Shown here piece by piece: positions 51,941 to 64,000 of a stretch of 64,000 nucleotides of DNA (position 1 is the first letter of the stretch; every line of letters begins with the position of its first letter). The translations under genes were made by a program, and so were the position numbers. Under the pieces are notes generated by a model, which was not told the DNA's origin, did not search any database, and was given only the letters and a program-made list of their open reading frames with translations. This stretch comes from Ramazzottius varieornatus (lineage: Eukaryota; Animalia; Tardigrada). The DNA lies in assembly GCA_001949185.1 (NCBI GenBank), contig BDGG01000007.1, positions 871,556 to 935,555 of the forward strand. The letters run 5' to 3'.

Positions 51941-54900
51941 ATGGCGAATCCATTCCTGCATGCGGTTTCGGAGCTGCGCATCGTCGAGGAACACCTCAAA
52001 TTCTTCGATCTCCTGAAGCTGTTTTCCGGTCCACAGCGGGAACTGTTCGGTAAGCACAAATTCAGACGAAATTGTAAGATCTTCCTCTATGAAAGTGTTT
52101 GTCGTAGATCGATTGCCGTTCAGTATTCGCGTGCTGCTGGAATCAGCTGTGCGCAACTGCGATGGCTTTCACGTGTTGGAAAGCGACGTGGACAAAATCC
52201 TCAACTGGGAGAAGACGCAGAAGGACAACGTTGAAGTCGCATTCAAAGCTGCTCGCGTCATCCTTCAAGACCTAACGTAGGTACATCTTTCTAATGTAGT
52301 CGGAAAAACAGTACAGGAAAAAAGCAAGAAATTATTTGGAGAAAGTTAATTTTTGCATCGTTGTGCATGTCGAAAGACGTGTATCGGAATGCTAAACGAC
52401 CGCACGATCTCGTATTGCATCACAGACCTGCGTACACGATACTCGCGATGTGGAAAACCTCACGCTTTCAGGGCTTTCTGCTACGGTAATTCAATGTACA
52501 GTGTGTTATTCGTGCAGAGGTGTTCCAGTGGTGGTCGATCTTGCGTCCATGAGGAATGCGGTGGCTCAGCTGGGCGGAGATCCCAACAAAATTAACCCGA
52601 TTTACCCCGTTGATTTAGTCATCGACCATTCCGTCGTTGTCGACGCAGCTCGCACGTAAGGTGGCTTCCTTATCTCGACATTCTTATCTTCCACCATAAT
52701 CTTCAAGAAGGCAAAGTGTTCACGTGGTCGTGGTTTATTTCAGAGTAGATGCCTTGCAAATTAACGAAAGACTAGAATTCGAACGCAACCAAGAACGATT
52801 CCGCTTCCTCAAAGTAAGTATATTACCGCTCGAAAACAATCAGCGAAATTGTTCGAAATGTGTTATCAACTCTAGTGGGGAGCAAAAGCCTTCCAGAACA
52901 TGTTGATTGTTCCACCCGGTTCGGGCATCGTCCATCAAGTCAACCTCGAATATTTAGCCCGGGTTGTTTTCGAGTCGGACGATGGGCTGCTGTATCCGGA
53001 TACTGTAGTCGGAACTGACTCCCACACGACCATGATCAACGGACTGGGCGTCCTCGGATGGGGTAAAAGACACTTCGAAATGTCCTGCTTGGAAAGGCAA
53101 AAAAACACAATGATTGAGTGTATGTATGGTGCTTTAGGTGTGGGCGGTATCGAAGCCGAAGCAGTCATGTTAGGCCAAGCTATCAGCATGGTCTTACCGG
53201 AAGTTGTCGGATTCAAGTTGACCGGACAGTTGAATTCCATCGCTACGAGTACCGACCTCGTCCTCACTATCACAGCGGTGAGTGACAACACTGGTCTGTA
53301 GTCCTACAGTAAGCACAAATCAACAACCATAAAATCATGCTCCGGAGTTTCCATATTTTGTGCTGTATTTGCAGCAAACGAAATAAAATGTATAGTAGTA
53401 TGTAAATTGTAAGGTATTATTATTATGGGCGTGTGCGCAGTCCACTCCGTTCATTTCGATGCCGTTCACCACGAATTTGTCACGTGTTGCAGATTTTGCG
53501 CAAGCTGGGAGTGGTCAATAAGTTTGTGGAGTTTTTCGGGCCCGGTTGCGCTCAGCTGTCCATCGCGGATCGCGCAACGATCGGTAACATGGCACCGGAG
53601 TATGGTGCGACATGCGGATTCTTCCCGGTGGACGAGAAGACGCTGTTATATCTGACCCAAACCGGTACGAGTATGCCTTGCTCCTTTCGAAGGCTAATAT
53701 ATCCATGTGGTGGTCACGTGCCATTGCAGGTCGAACGCAAAGGAAACTGCAACACGTGGAAACGTACCTTCGAGCCAGTGGACTGTTCCGTGACTACAAT
53801 GACGCCGCACAAGATCCGACCTTCACCACTGTGGTCGAACTGGACTTGTCGACCGTCGTACCATGTGTCAGTGGACCCAAGCGACCTCACGATAATGTTC
53901 CGGTTACTCAAGTCAAGGATGACTTTGAGAAAGCCCTGACGAACAAGGTAAAACAAGACGGACTTGTCTCTTCCGCAGCCGAATGCAGTTATTACTGTTG
54001 TGCGGCTTTCAGATCGGCTTCAAGGGTTTTGCCATTGCACCAGAGAAGACTCACAGCCGAGCACCTCTGGCCTTCGAAGGTGGCCACTACGAACTGGCGC
54101 ACGGCGATGTGGTGATTGCGGCCATCACAAGCTGTACCAACACCAGCAACCCCAACGTCATGCTAGCTGCAGGTAATACCCATCATTGGTATCCAAGGTC
54201 CAAAACTCTACTCAGTCTTTCTGCTCATAATTTCCTTTATCACTGTGAACCATGTTGACCTGACAGAACTGCATCAGACTTATCCTGTTGACCTTCGCTG
54301 CACATCTGCATTATTCTACGGTTTTTGGCATGATGTGTTCGCTCCAGATCGAATTATTCCTGTAGCCGGTTTTGATCCATTTGGGTATTCCACCATAGGT
54401 CTGGTTGCTAAAAAAGCCGTGGAAGCTGGTCTTTCCGTCAAGCCTTACATCAAAACTAGCCTCTCACCCGGCAGTGGCGTTGCCAAACTGTACCTTGACC
54501 AAGGTGGACTGACCCCGTACCTGACCGAACTGGGCTTCGCTGTGACAGGCTACGGTTGCATGACTTGCATCGGCAACTCCGGTCCTCTACACGAAGCTGT
54601 AGCCAGTGCCGTGGAGAAAGGCGATCTAGTGGTAGCTGGCGTCCTGTCCGGCAACCGCAACTTTGAAGGGCGCATTCATCCCTCCACTCGCGCAAACTAC
54701 CTGGCTTCTCCCCCGCTGGTCGTGGCCTATGCTCTGGCTGGCACTGTGGATATCGACTTTGACAAGGAACCCATCGGGAAAAGTCCGCATGGAAAAGACG
54801 TTTTCCTCAAGGATATTTGGCCTGCTCGGGAAGAAATCGTTAAGTTGGAAAGAGAGGTGGTGTTACCGGGCATGTTCCAAGAAGTCTACTCACGTATCGA

Positions 54901-56202
54901 GGTAGTTGTTTTAAAACGGTTTTAAAACATATTACGTAGGACCGCTAAATTTCACCGAGTAGGCGCAAGTCCAACTTGGAGTAGTCACTTGGTAGGTGTT
55001 GAACCTACGGGGTCCAACGGGACGTTGATATCCCCACTTTTACTAATTACAGTGTGGTTTTTGTAGGCGGGGAATGATCGATGGAATTCGCTGCAAGTTG
55101 AGCCTTCCGTTCTGTACCCATTCGACAACGATTCAACCTACATCAAATACCCAGGGTACTTCGATGGTATGACGCTGGACCTTCAGCCCATCCGACCCAT
55201 CGAAGGCGCGCACGTCCTGCTGAACCTGGGAGACTCCATCACGACGGACCACATCAGCCCAGCTGGTAACATCGCGCGCAACAGTCCCGCTGCCCGATAC
55301 TTGACAGAGCGTGGTGTGGCACCAAAAGACTTCAACTCGTACGGCTCGCGACGTGGTCATGATGAGGTGATGAAGCGAGGCACCTTCGCTAACATTCGAC
55401 TGGTCAATAAACTGCTGACCAAACCTGGACCCCGCACGATGCATTTCCCATCTGGCCAGGAGATGGACGTTCCCGACGCGGCAGATAAGTATATCCAGCA
55501 GGGTATTCCCCTGATCATCTTGACCGGCAAGGAGTACGGGTCGGGCTCTTCACGTGACTGGGCCGCCAAAGGCCCACTGCTCCTGGTAAGCGTCAATCCT
55601 GGCCTGGCCGACGTCGTTTTCGAACTAGTACAAGCTGCGAAAGCCAGTTTTTTATTTGTGGCATTATTTCTTGATATACGCTGGTCTTCGATGTTGTGAT
55701 AAACTGTAGAAAAATGGCGAAATTGATGCTACGTCCAGATGAATGTGATGTGGGCTTTCGATCTTGAATATTTACAGTATCAAGGACGTGTACCCACACA
55801 CACACACACACCATTTTTTGTTGAAGGGTGTGAAAGCAGTTATCGCGGAGAGTTACGAACGGATTCATCGGAGTAACCTGATCGGCATGGGCATCGCTCC
55901 GCTGCAGTACTTGTCAGGTCAGTCGGCAGATACTTTGGGCTTGACAGGCAAAGAGCGCTTCACCATCGCGCTCGACGATAGTATTCAGCCCGGCGACCGA
56001 GTTAAAATTACGGTAAGCTTTGGAAAGTGTCCTCTGTGCGGAAGCCGTTGTTGTGGCTGATCAATGTCTTTCGTCGGTTTTCTAGGCTGACGATGGAAGA
56101 AGCTTTGAAGTTTTGGCTCGTTTCGACACGGAAGTGGAGCTGACTTACTATAGGCACGGTGGAGTGCTACAGTACATGGTTCGAAAGATGATACAAGAGT
56201 AA
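51941..56202 (+). CDS. ACO1: Cytoplasmic aconitase / iron regulatory protein 1, multi-exon
   Basis: MANPF; [18 protein letters not shown]; DLVIDHS; [15 protein letters not shown]; [13 protein letters not shown]; [13 protein letters not shown]; [12 protein letters not shown]; SGNRNFEGR; TTDHISPAG; [10 protein letters not shown]; ERIHRSNL; GGVLQYM. Confidence 0.96.
55795..55811. repeat. (CA)n microsatellite in an ACO1 intron
   Basis: About 8 CA units just upstream of an acceptor site. Confidence 0.85.
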
Positions 56203-56758
56203 CCAATCGCTCATCACATTATTTCAATTATTTGCTCATTCCGGTGCACGTTGATATAGTACAGAAGATTTATTTATCGGTTTTTATCTTCCCTCTATCC
56301 ATCCGTGATTCTTGAGTTTAACAGAGCTATAAATTTGTTGGAATCAGGCGAGTTGATGAAAGTGGCGTCCATGTTTTGCTCATCGTTACCAAGAGGAAAA
56401 CTAATCGCCGTCAGACAGCCCGATGTTCCTAAAGATAGGGTTTCGCTTCTGGGCGCGCTTCTGATAACAAACTGAAGTCTGAAAGACGCGTGTGCCACTT
56501 ATCACGTTCAATATCAGTTTGACGGTAATCGTTTGGCCTAGCCACATCTCTTTTTGATTGCACTTCCGACCGCTGTTTCAGTCACAGCTGTCTCCTTCAA
56601 ATGGAGAGTAGAGTTAGACCACCATCTCCCGTTATTACGTACTCGGTTTCGTCTCAAGACGGAATTGATCAACAGGTTGGTTCTTGTTATCAGGTTAGCT
56701 TTGCACGTTTTAGACGGCAAATAAGCCTTTTGTTGTTGTTTCTTCTTCTTAGAAATGG

Positions 56759-57346
56759 ATGGGAACAAGTCTGCTTTTACTTCGTATCTCAATTACAATA
56801 TTCTGTCTCAGCTACATCGCAGTGGGCATCTACGGAATTTTCCTGGGCGGTAGCGGTGTCCAAGCAGCCAACTCCGCCTACCCAGACTACACATCCCTGG
56901 ACCAAGATACCCTCGGCACGTATAACAGTCGACTGCGGATGTTCTCCTACGGTTGGGCCACCTTAGGCTGCACCATCGTGCTCAACGCAGTGCTGAACGT
57001 CATCGCTGCTTGGAGATGCAACGAGCGGCTTATCGGGTTCGTCTTCGGGATGTACGTCATAGCGTTTTGCATGGCCATTGTCGCCATCATCGTCTTTGAA
57101 GTGAGGTTGAATGCTCAAGAGACGGATAAGGACGAGGTGGATGTGGCCTGGGAAATGCTGGCTAGTTTACCGCAGAGCTCCATCTCTACCCTGGCTAGTA
57201 TTTCGTTTTTGGCGGCGCTGGGAGTGGCGTTGAACGTGGGGTTGAAGCTTCTGTCTAAGAGCTACAAGAGAATCGAACAGGAGAAAGACCACGAACTGGA
57301 CGAAGTGTTTTCCGCGCGCACGGATAGTGTCAGATCTCGTTGCTGA
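56759..57346 (+). CDS. Intronless four-TM membrane protein (tetraspanin/MS4A-like topology), function unknown
   Basis: 195-aa ORF with four hydrophobic segments and a charged C-terminal tail; no CCG motif. Confidence 0.7.
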   Translation: MGTSLLLLRISITIFCLSYIAVGIYGIFLGGSGVQAANSAYPDYTSLDQDTLGTYNSRLRMFSYGWATLGCTIVLNAVLNVIAAWRCNERLIGFVFGMYVIAFCMAIVAIIVFEVRLNAQETDKDEVDVAWEMLASLPQSSISTLASISFLAALGVALNVGLKLLSKSYKRIEQEKDHELDEVFSARTDSVRSRC

Positions 57347-57835
57347 ATGCAGTGATGGAAGAACAATCCATGATACGCTATAGCGTGGTAGTCGGTCGAC
57401 CGGGATCAAAACTCTTCCAGAAACCGATCTGCATGTTGACTTTCTGCAGATGTCCGGCGAAAGCCCAACATGCAGATCGCTTTCTCGAAAGAATCTTGAT
57501 CCTAGTTGACGTAATCCCACAGTAAAGGCATCAATTGGCTGCCGAAAAAATGAGGGAAGTACCTTGCTAGTATGGGTGGATAACCTGATCAAAAACACCG
57601 AGGTTCGAAGTCAGGGAGCTTTCGTGAAAATCTTGGTCGGGAGAGTAACAAGTCATATAGATACTTGAGCATGTGGCATTTTTCGGATTTTGCTGGTCTT
57701 AAAGAGATCATTCAGTGTCATCTCATTATAAAATACTCTGAACCAATACGGCTAAATTTAGGCGGTATTCTCAGAAAGACTGCTCAGCAAACTGAGATAA
57801 CTCTAATAAACTGTTCGAATTCTGGCGGGCCACGT

Positions 57836-60800
57836 TCAGGTGGTTTCCAGTAACGTCTCACTATCGTCGTCTATGAAGGCTGGTTCTTCTTCCGTGGCTG
57901 AAAAGGATAAATTTGGCGCCGAAGAGTTACTGTTTAAACTGGGTGACGGAACCACACTATCTATGACAACTCCGTGATGGGTCACCGTAACCAGAGGAGT
58001 GTCGCTGGCGCTCTTTTCCAGTGTAGCCGATACCGTCATTTCTTCGTAGTGTAGTGATGCGGGTGGCACTGCGGCAGGTTGACTTTCTTCTCTCGTGCTG
58101 CTCTTCATTAGACCCAGGTCGGAATAGCCTCGGGATATTCGCCGTTTGTTAGGTCGGTTCTGGTAATCTGCGGAGGTTGTATCCCCTTCACCGGGAATGT
58201 TGAGAAGCATGGGATCGGAGGACTGGTGGTTGAGTAGGATAGGCCGTAGCTTTGTGGTCTTGCCCAGGTTTAGCCGGGAATTTTTCGTTTCGGTGCGCGC
58301 GTCAGGGGATGTGTCCGAACCAGAAGAAGGAAGGCCTCGCTGTTGCATGAGTAAATCGAGGACGGTGTCGATCTTGCCCTCAATATCGTCCACCTGAAAA
58401 CCACAGATGTTTTCTTCAGGTCAGTAAACTGGGTTTCCGGCGGCCTCAGTCGTAGTGTACCTGTCGTTCTATCTTGACAACTCGAAGTGCAAGGCAAACT
58501 TTGGAGTCGTAGGAATCGACGGACTTTGAGTTCTGCTTTCCAAGCAACTGGTCGCATCTGCAATCCAATCAAACATCGCCAATAACTGTAGAAAACCATC
58601 AGGTAGATCTATCACTAACCGAAAGTGGCTGATGTAGTGCTGAGTGTACCGTAAAGCGAGATTGCTCAAATGATGGACTTACCTTTGTTGCAAGTTTTTG
58701 ACACGAGCCAGAAGGTCCACATGTCCAGCTGAGTACTGTTCAATCACATCCTTGACGTCGTAGGGTTTCAGAGCTTCCCTGAATTTCCGTTTGGCGACGA
58801 GGTACTTCATTTTTCTGATAGCTCGAATGGCGCGTCTCTGCTGATCGGTCAGTTCTCTTTGGACTATCCCATCCACCGATGACGTCTCATCGTCATCTGA
58901 TCACAGATAAATTAAGAACTTTGATTACAGAATAGAATTCTGTAAACTATTGTTGGATACCAAGAATCTTACCTTCGAGCGCCTTGCGGAGTTCCTCAGG
59001 TTGCGTTAGTGCCATGCGCCGATGATGCTGGGCAACACCGGTGATGGAGCCTTTGGAGGGCCGAGCTCTTTCCCCCGAAGTAGGAGCATTGTCCGGCGGA
59101 GCACTGTAGGTTTTCCTTGCAGAATTGACACGACGAAGTAGATCTCCAGACGAAGCACTTTTCAACGTGTGAGTAACGCCCTCTTTGAGGGAAGTTAAGG
59201 CACTGGAAGCGGTGACGACAGCGGTGGCCGGAGCATGCGGACCATGGCCAGAAGCGCCGTGTGCCGCTGGAGGGACGTGGTTGGGAACATGCTTGGGCCG
59301 TTTGATAGTGGAGAAACGGCTGACGAAGGAAGTGGAGCTGGCGTGGAATTTGTAAGGCATGGAGGAGACAGAGGCGGCTGCCGACTGTCGAAGGCCACGA
59401 AGATGAGGCTCCCACGTCGCCACTGAGCAGGACCGCTCGTCGGCGGCGTAACAGCGCCACATGCACTGGATTAGCAAGGCGGCGGGGTTCCGCCGTCGGA
59501 TCAAGTGCTTCTGCCGCTGTTGCTGCTGCACTTTCAGGGCAAACCCCGAACCCAGTATACTCTACAAAGAGTCAGAAAATCATAAACCAGAGTATGTACG
59601 CTTCAGTGTTAAAGTTTTGGGAATTCTTCGTAAAAATTGTTCGGAAATATTACTGTTCGATCAAGCTTGGAGTTGGGACAGCAGTAAGCGGTGATTATCG
59701 AACACGCGAGACTCTCAGTTTCCTTGGCTTTCCTCATTGATGACATTTTTTAAATCTTCAGACTTTATTACCGTACTTTGGCAGAGGAAGTTTACTGGAA
59801 CTTACAGCGGGTAGGGCGAAGAAAGAAATGCCCATCATGGCGCAAATGCCAGCAATCAACTTTCCCTTCCATGAAATGGGTACGGAATCTCCATAACCGA
59901 CCGTAGCCAGGGTAATCTGAAAGTCAAGATAAAAACACAACAGTCAGTCATGTCAAGAGCTGGGCAATCAAGACGTCGTGCCTTCCGACCAGGACGCCCC
60001 TTTTGCATTGCAGACTGCAGCGCATGATGTAACGGTTGATGACTTACCACGCCCCACCATAAAGCGTCGGCAAAGGTAGTAAAGCGCTCATTGATGTCTT
60101 TCTCCACCAGATAAATCAAAAAGGAGGAAAAGATCAAGCCCAGGAAGCCGATGTAGAAGGTCGTCAAGAGTTCCTGTAAGGAGGAAGAGAGGCCCAGCCA
60201 TTACGTAAAGGTTAACTGGGCACGTCGCTGGCGTTAAATAATTTGCTTTATCATCCGAACTTTCAGAGTGATGGTTGGACTATTTTTAATGGTAAGTGCA
60301 CTTGAAATATGGCAACTTTGTCGCATAGTTGTGAACTGACAGTCTCACCTGTCGATGAGCCCAGACGACGGAGCCAAGCAGCTTCCACGTTCCTCCTCGA
60401 CGGTCCATCCGCACCATCCGAAGGATTTGGAAAAAGCGGAGACCCCGCAGGGCGGACGCGGCGAATACTTGGCCATGACTGCCCAAACCCAGAACAACGA
60501 TCGAGGCAAAAATGATAATCGTATCTGCAAAACACGATCAAAGACTAATCCAGCGATGGCAAGTCAATGCGATATACTGTAGATATTCGGCTATGGCCGC
60601 CATGCCATTCAGATTGTTGTAGCTGATTCAAGACTTTCCATGGTCCTTCGTTCGAATTGACTTTTTTCCTACGGGGCACTTTGCGTATTAAACCGCTGTT
60701 CCCTCCTTTCCGAATTAGGTGTAAAACCCTGCTGATAAATCTGACCGACCTACAGTACAATAATAATTCGCAGTTCCAAAATACGTCTCATGGACGAGAG

Positions 60801-62993
60801 TTTTATTGGGAGAGTGCGGTGACATATGAATTCAGTTCAGGAGACTGAAGTAATCGTAGAAAAGAAACCAAGGATGCTGCTCACCGGAACGGCAAGGTTT
60901 CACGTGAAAGTGTGATTACGCATGCTTGTGCCGAACGCAATCCACCCACTGACTAGCTTCAGCTTGTAGGAATCGTCCGTGTGACGTATTGTAGAAGTGA
61001 TGATTATTACTGTACTGATTTGCACAGAGTACATATTTCGTTCAGTTGATTGATCGCGGGTAGTAAGTCAAGGTTGTTTCTTCCGGCCTGATGTCCACTG
61101 CTGGGAAACTGGACCAATGGACAAGAAGGATTGCTTGACTTTGTAGTTTAGGCAATTAGTTGGATCCAATTTTCGGGGTTATTCCGTGGGAGTGAGCAGG
61201 ATTACTTCCAGCTCGGGATAATTCGTGTTGAAATAACAGAGAGAAATTTTTTCTTGATTGGTTCCGGTTGGTTAGGTGGAAGGCACTGGCTTTTATTGAT
61301 AAGCGGTGTACCCACGCGTGGGACTGTGTATCCGCCGCGCGAAAGAAGGGCACGCATACCCGGGAGCCTTCCCCGGAAAAGGCTTTACGGTCAGGAGAGC
61401 ACAATCGATATGGCCAGTCGGGTAATTGTTTGTGTTCATCCGGTCGTTAGCATTTCTTGTGGGAGAGCCTCATTAAAACGGCAGGCAGCTTATGATCCAT
61501 GAAAATATGAGGCCACGCGCCGCCTCAACTTGCATAATGGGGTAGGCCAGATCCCACGTTTGAGACTTGCTGTGACTGCTAAAACGCTTCCAGCGACCTT
61601 GGAATGCTCGCTTGTAGCTTATGACAGCCTGGCTGGATTGATCAGTCAATAACTCAGCGCAATCGATTTTGATCTGTCATAACTAGAGTTTTGAATGACG
61701 GATATATGAATTCGGGACAATCGAGGAGACATTGAAATTCAGCTGAGCACCCATATGACATACCCTTGCAAAAAGATTGATAAAGTCTAGACAGGGTTTT
61801 CAACATTTCAAATACCTATATCGAAAGAAACCTTAACCACTGAAATTTTTATGCGGCTGTGACTGTAAAGGGCACCATGATATTTTCCATGAAAAGAGAG
61901 CGAACGAATTTGTGTCAAAACCAGTGTTCTGTTTCACAAGCCACAAAAAAGAATGTCTTATGAGTTTGTACAAGTTTACGGAAATATGGTATAACTAAGA
62001 AATAAATTTGTACGGTTGTTTGGGCTTCCGTCTGACGATCTGGATATAAGTAGACCCCTGAAGTTTGGCCTCCTGTGTGGATAAGTTTTTACTACAAAGC
62101 GCCACAGCAGGGAAGCGCGTTTCCGCCAAAGTTATTTGTGTCGATTGAAAAAGGGATGAGAGGGACTTCGTTATGGTGATGCACACAAGCCTGAGTGTGA
62201 CAAGGATGATTAGAGCTAGTGCAGCGCAGACTTACCGATGACGGTGAATGGTCTCTTGAAGAAGAGTAGTCGTCCTTGGACGCCCTGATAGCGCGAGCGG
62301 CACCCCACCGACCACATCCGCAGCAGGAATTCAACCGTGAACCACACTACCACCACCAACTCCTGCCAACACACAAGCACGCAACAAATGAATTCGCTGA
62401 TTGACACTTGCCCTAATGCTTTGATCGTCTAGCGCGCTGTAACTGACACACGCGCGCAAACCAGCGAATTAGTCAAACTTTGCAGCGGGCTTCCGCTCCA
62501 GACACTTTCAGTGCGCTTTCGAAGATTATAATCGGAGAAACTGGAACTATGTTATGCAGAAAGCCATGTGCTGACTGAGTTGAAACCTTTTCGTTAAATC
62601 GTGCTCCACCATCTTGGCCTATATATGGGTTTCAGGAAGCGCCGAACTCATGGTCGGTTTTTGCAACAGATCTGACTTTGTTGGAGTTTTCCAACATGTT
62701 TCTTTTATTCTGCGCTATACTAGCCGAATGCTCCACCGCATAGAGTCATTTTGGCGTTCAGTCTGATGGTAGCACCAAAACAGGGTATAGCTAATGCAGC
62801 AGCCCGAATGTTCGGCGGTCAGGCTGGATCGGCGTTGTTTGAGTTGCTGGCATGCGTCTCAGTGTTTATTTGCTTAACGGTCAAATAAGCTGTCCGACTT
62901 ACCATCCAAAATAAAGGCTGTTGTGTTGAGTCCTCAAAATCAGGCACTGTCGATAAAACCGTAAGGCAGAAGCATCCAAAAACTAACAGAAAC
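57836..62993 (-). CDS. KCNQ: KCNQ (Kv7) voltage-gated potassium channel, S1 to C-terminus (5' exon(s) not found, presumably beyond window end)
   Basis: S2 [15 protein letters not shown]; S4 [29 protein letters not shown]; S5 TTFYIGFL; pore [17 protein letters not shown]; S6 FFALPA; helix A LIQCMWR; helix [17 protein letters not shown]. Confidence 0.95.
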
Positions 62994-63193
62994 CTGGAAA
63001 GAAAACGACCCATGTTACGATCCCACGTCAGACGCAGTGATACTTTTTGGAGAAGGCTGCATTCGATTGTCCCGCCACTCAAAAACGACAACGTGCACAA
63101 AACAATTTGATTTTTTGAGGACCAAGATTTCCGGCCGAGGCCGAGCTGTTAAACTGTTTTGTCAGTACTGGTGTCGTTTTCGTCTTCTGGAGG

Positions 63194-63229
63194 TTTAATT
63201 GATTTAAGTGATTTAACTGATTTAATTGA
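63194..63229. repeat. 9-bp tandem repeat (TTTAANTGA x4)
   Basis: tttaattga tttaagtga tttaactga tttaattga. Confidence 0.8.
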
Positions 63230-64000
63230 CTGTTTCGATCGTTTCAAACTGTTTTTGCGATAAGAACAGACAACTTGGCGGTAGTTTGCCAGGTAGAAAG
63301 GTTCTGTTTGAAAAGACGGCAGGCTTCCACTGACGCAAATATATTCTAATTTGAGCCGGGGAAAGTTCTTCGATAAACAAGTCGTGACACTCCTCGGTGC
63401 ATTATGGCACAGTTTGCGGTACTTCCTGCGGAGACCCTGCCTAGCGTGCCAATCGGCTAATCCAGGATGCTTTCCATCCTTTTGTTTGGCAATGCTGTCG
63501 GGGTTTGCTTATACAGGAATGCGATTTGTGCGTGCGTGCGTTGGAAAACCACATAGACGCCATAGTTTTGCCGCAGCAACCTTGGCGCCGCGCTTCGGTA
63601 CCTTTCGTTGTATCTTTCGCGCCAGTGGTTGTGACATGCTTTCGCGCCAGTGAAACCAACGATCCAAAGTGCAGTACTGTATTAAAAAGGACGAGCTAGT
63701 ACCAATGACTTTCCGATTCTTTGTGAGGTTATCGTGTCCGTCCCTTTCATAACTGCAAGCCACCATTGAAAAATACCGTGAGCGAGTCCAAATTTGTGGA
63801 TCAGGCCAGCATCTGGTTGGATGTACTGTGCCATTGCCGAAGTATTGTTGTAAAAGTGGCAAATCAATCAATCGACAATCCGAACGGGGTCGTAAGGCGG
63901 TACAATCAAAGGCCTTGATTGGTACTTCCGGTGCAACCAGCTGTTTACCTCGTACACTTGCAACAAGTGTTTCTACGCCATTTCGCTTTCTCCAGTGATA

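Noticed and set aside
51600-57600. Iron-responsive element near ACO1/IRP1
   Set aside because: The CAGTGN hexamers I inspected lacked the 5-bp stem with bulged C; none could be supported by eye.
1-64000. tRNA, rRNA, snRNA genes or U12-type introns
   Set aside because: None was recognised by eye; a covariance-model scan would be needed to exclude them.

Overview
Eukaryotic (metazoan) genomic DNA: compact and gene-dense, with short GT-AG introns (mostly about 55-100 nt) and one 50-N assembly gap (14988-15037). The compactness, the type of chitin-binding protein and several divergent ANF-receptor-like genes suggest a tardigrade, but this is inference only. Gene order: 5' part of an SLC22-like transporter (-); a probably disabled chitin-binding (CBM14) gene (-); two related psq-HTH + chromodomain genes (-); a 15-kb uninflatable-like CTL/LDLa/CUB/CCP/F5-8/HYR/EGF/LamG receptor (-); a 9-exon, secreted and probably GPI-anchored double-GH43 glycoside hydrolase of microbial type (+); ING3 (-), SIRT6 (+), WDR74 (-), an ISOC-type isochorismatase (+) and RPF2 (+); an accessory zone (36.8-51.6 kb) with decayed ANF-receptor-like genes, a small secreted cystatin-like gene missed by the ORF track, a cytosolic sulfotransferase and a GT11 alpha-1,2-fucosyltransferase with an apparent frameshift; then ACO1/IRP1 (+), an intronless 4-TM protein (+) and most of a KCNQ channel (-). 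At least three families of short inverted-repeat (MITE-like) elements lie in introns and spacers. The most notable item is the domesticated GH43, whose two catalytic domains share all four intron positions. All calls come from reading the sequence by eye; no database search was run.
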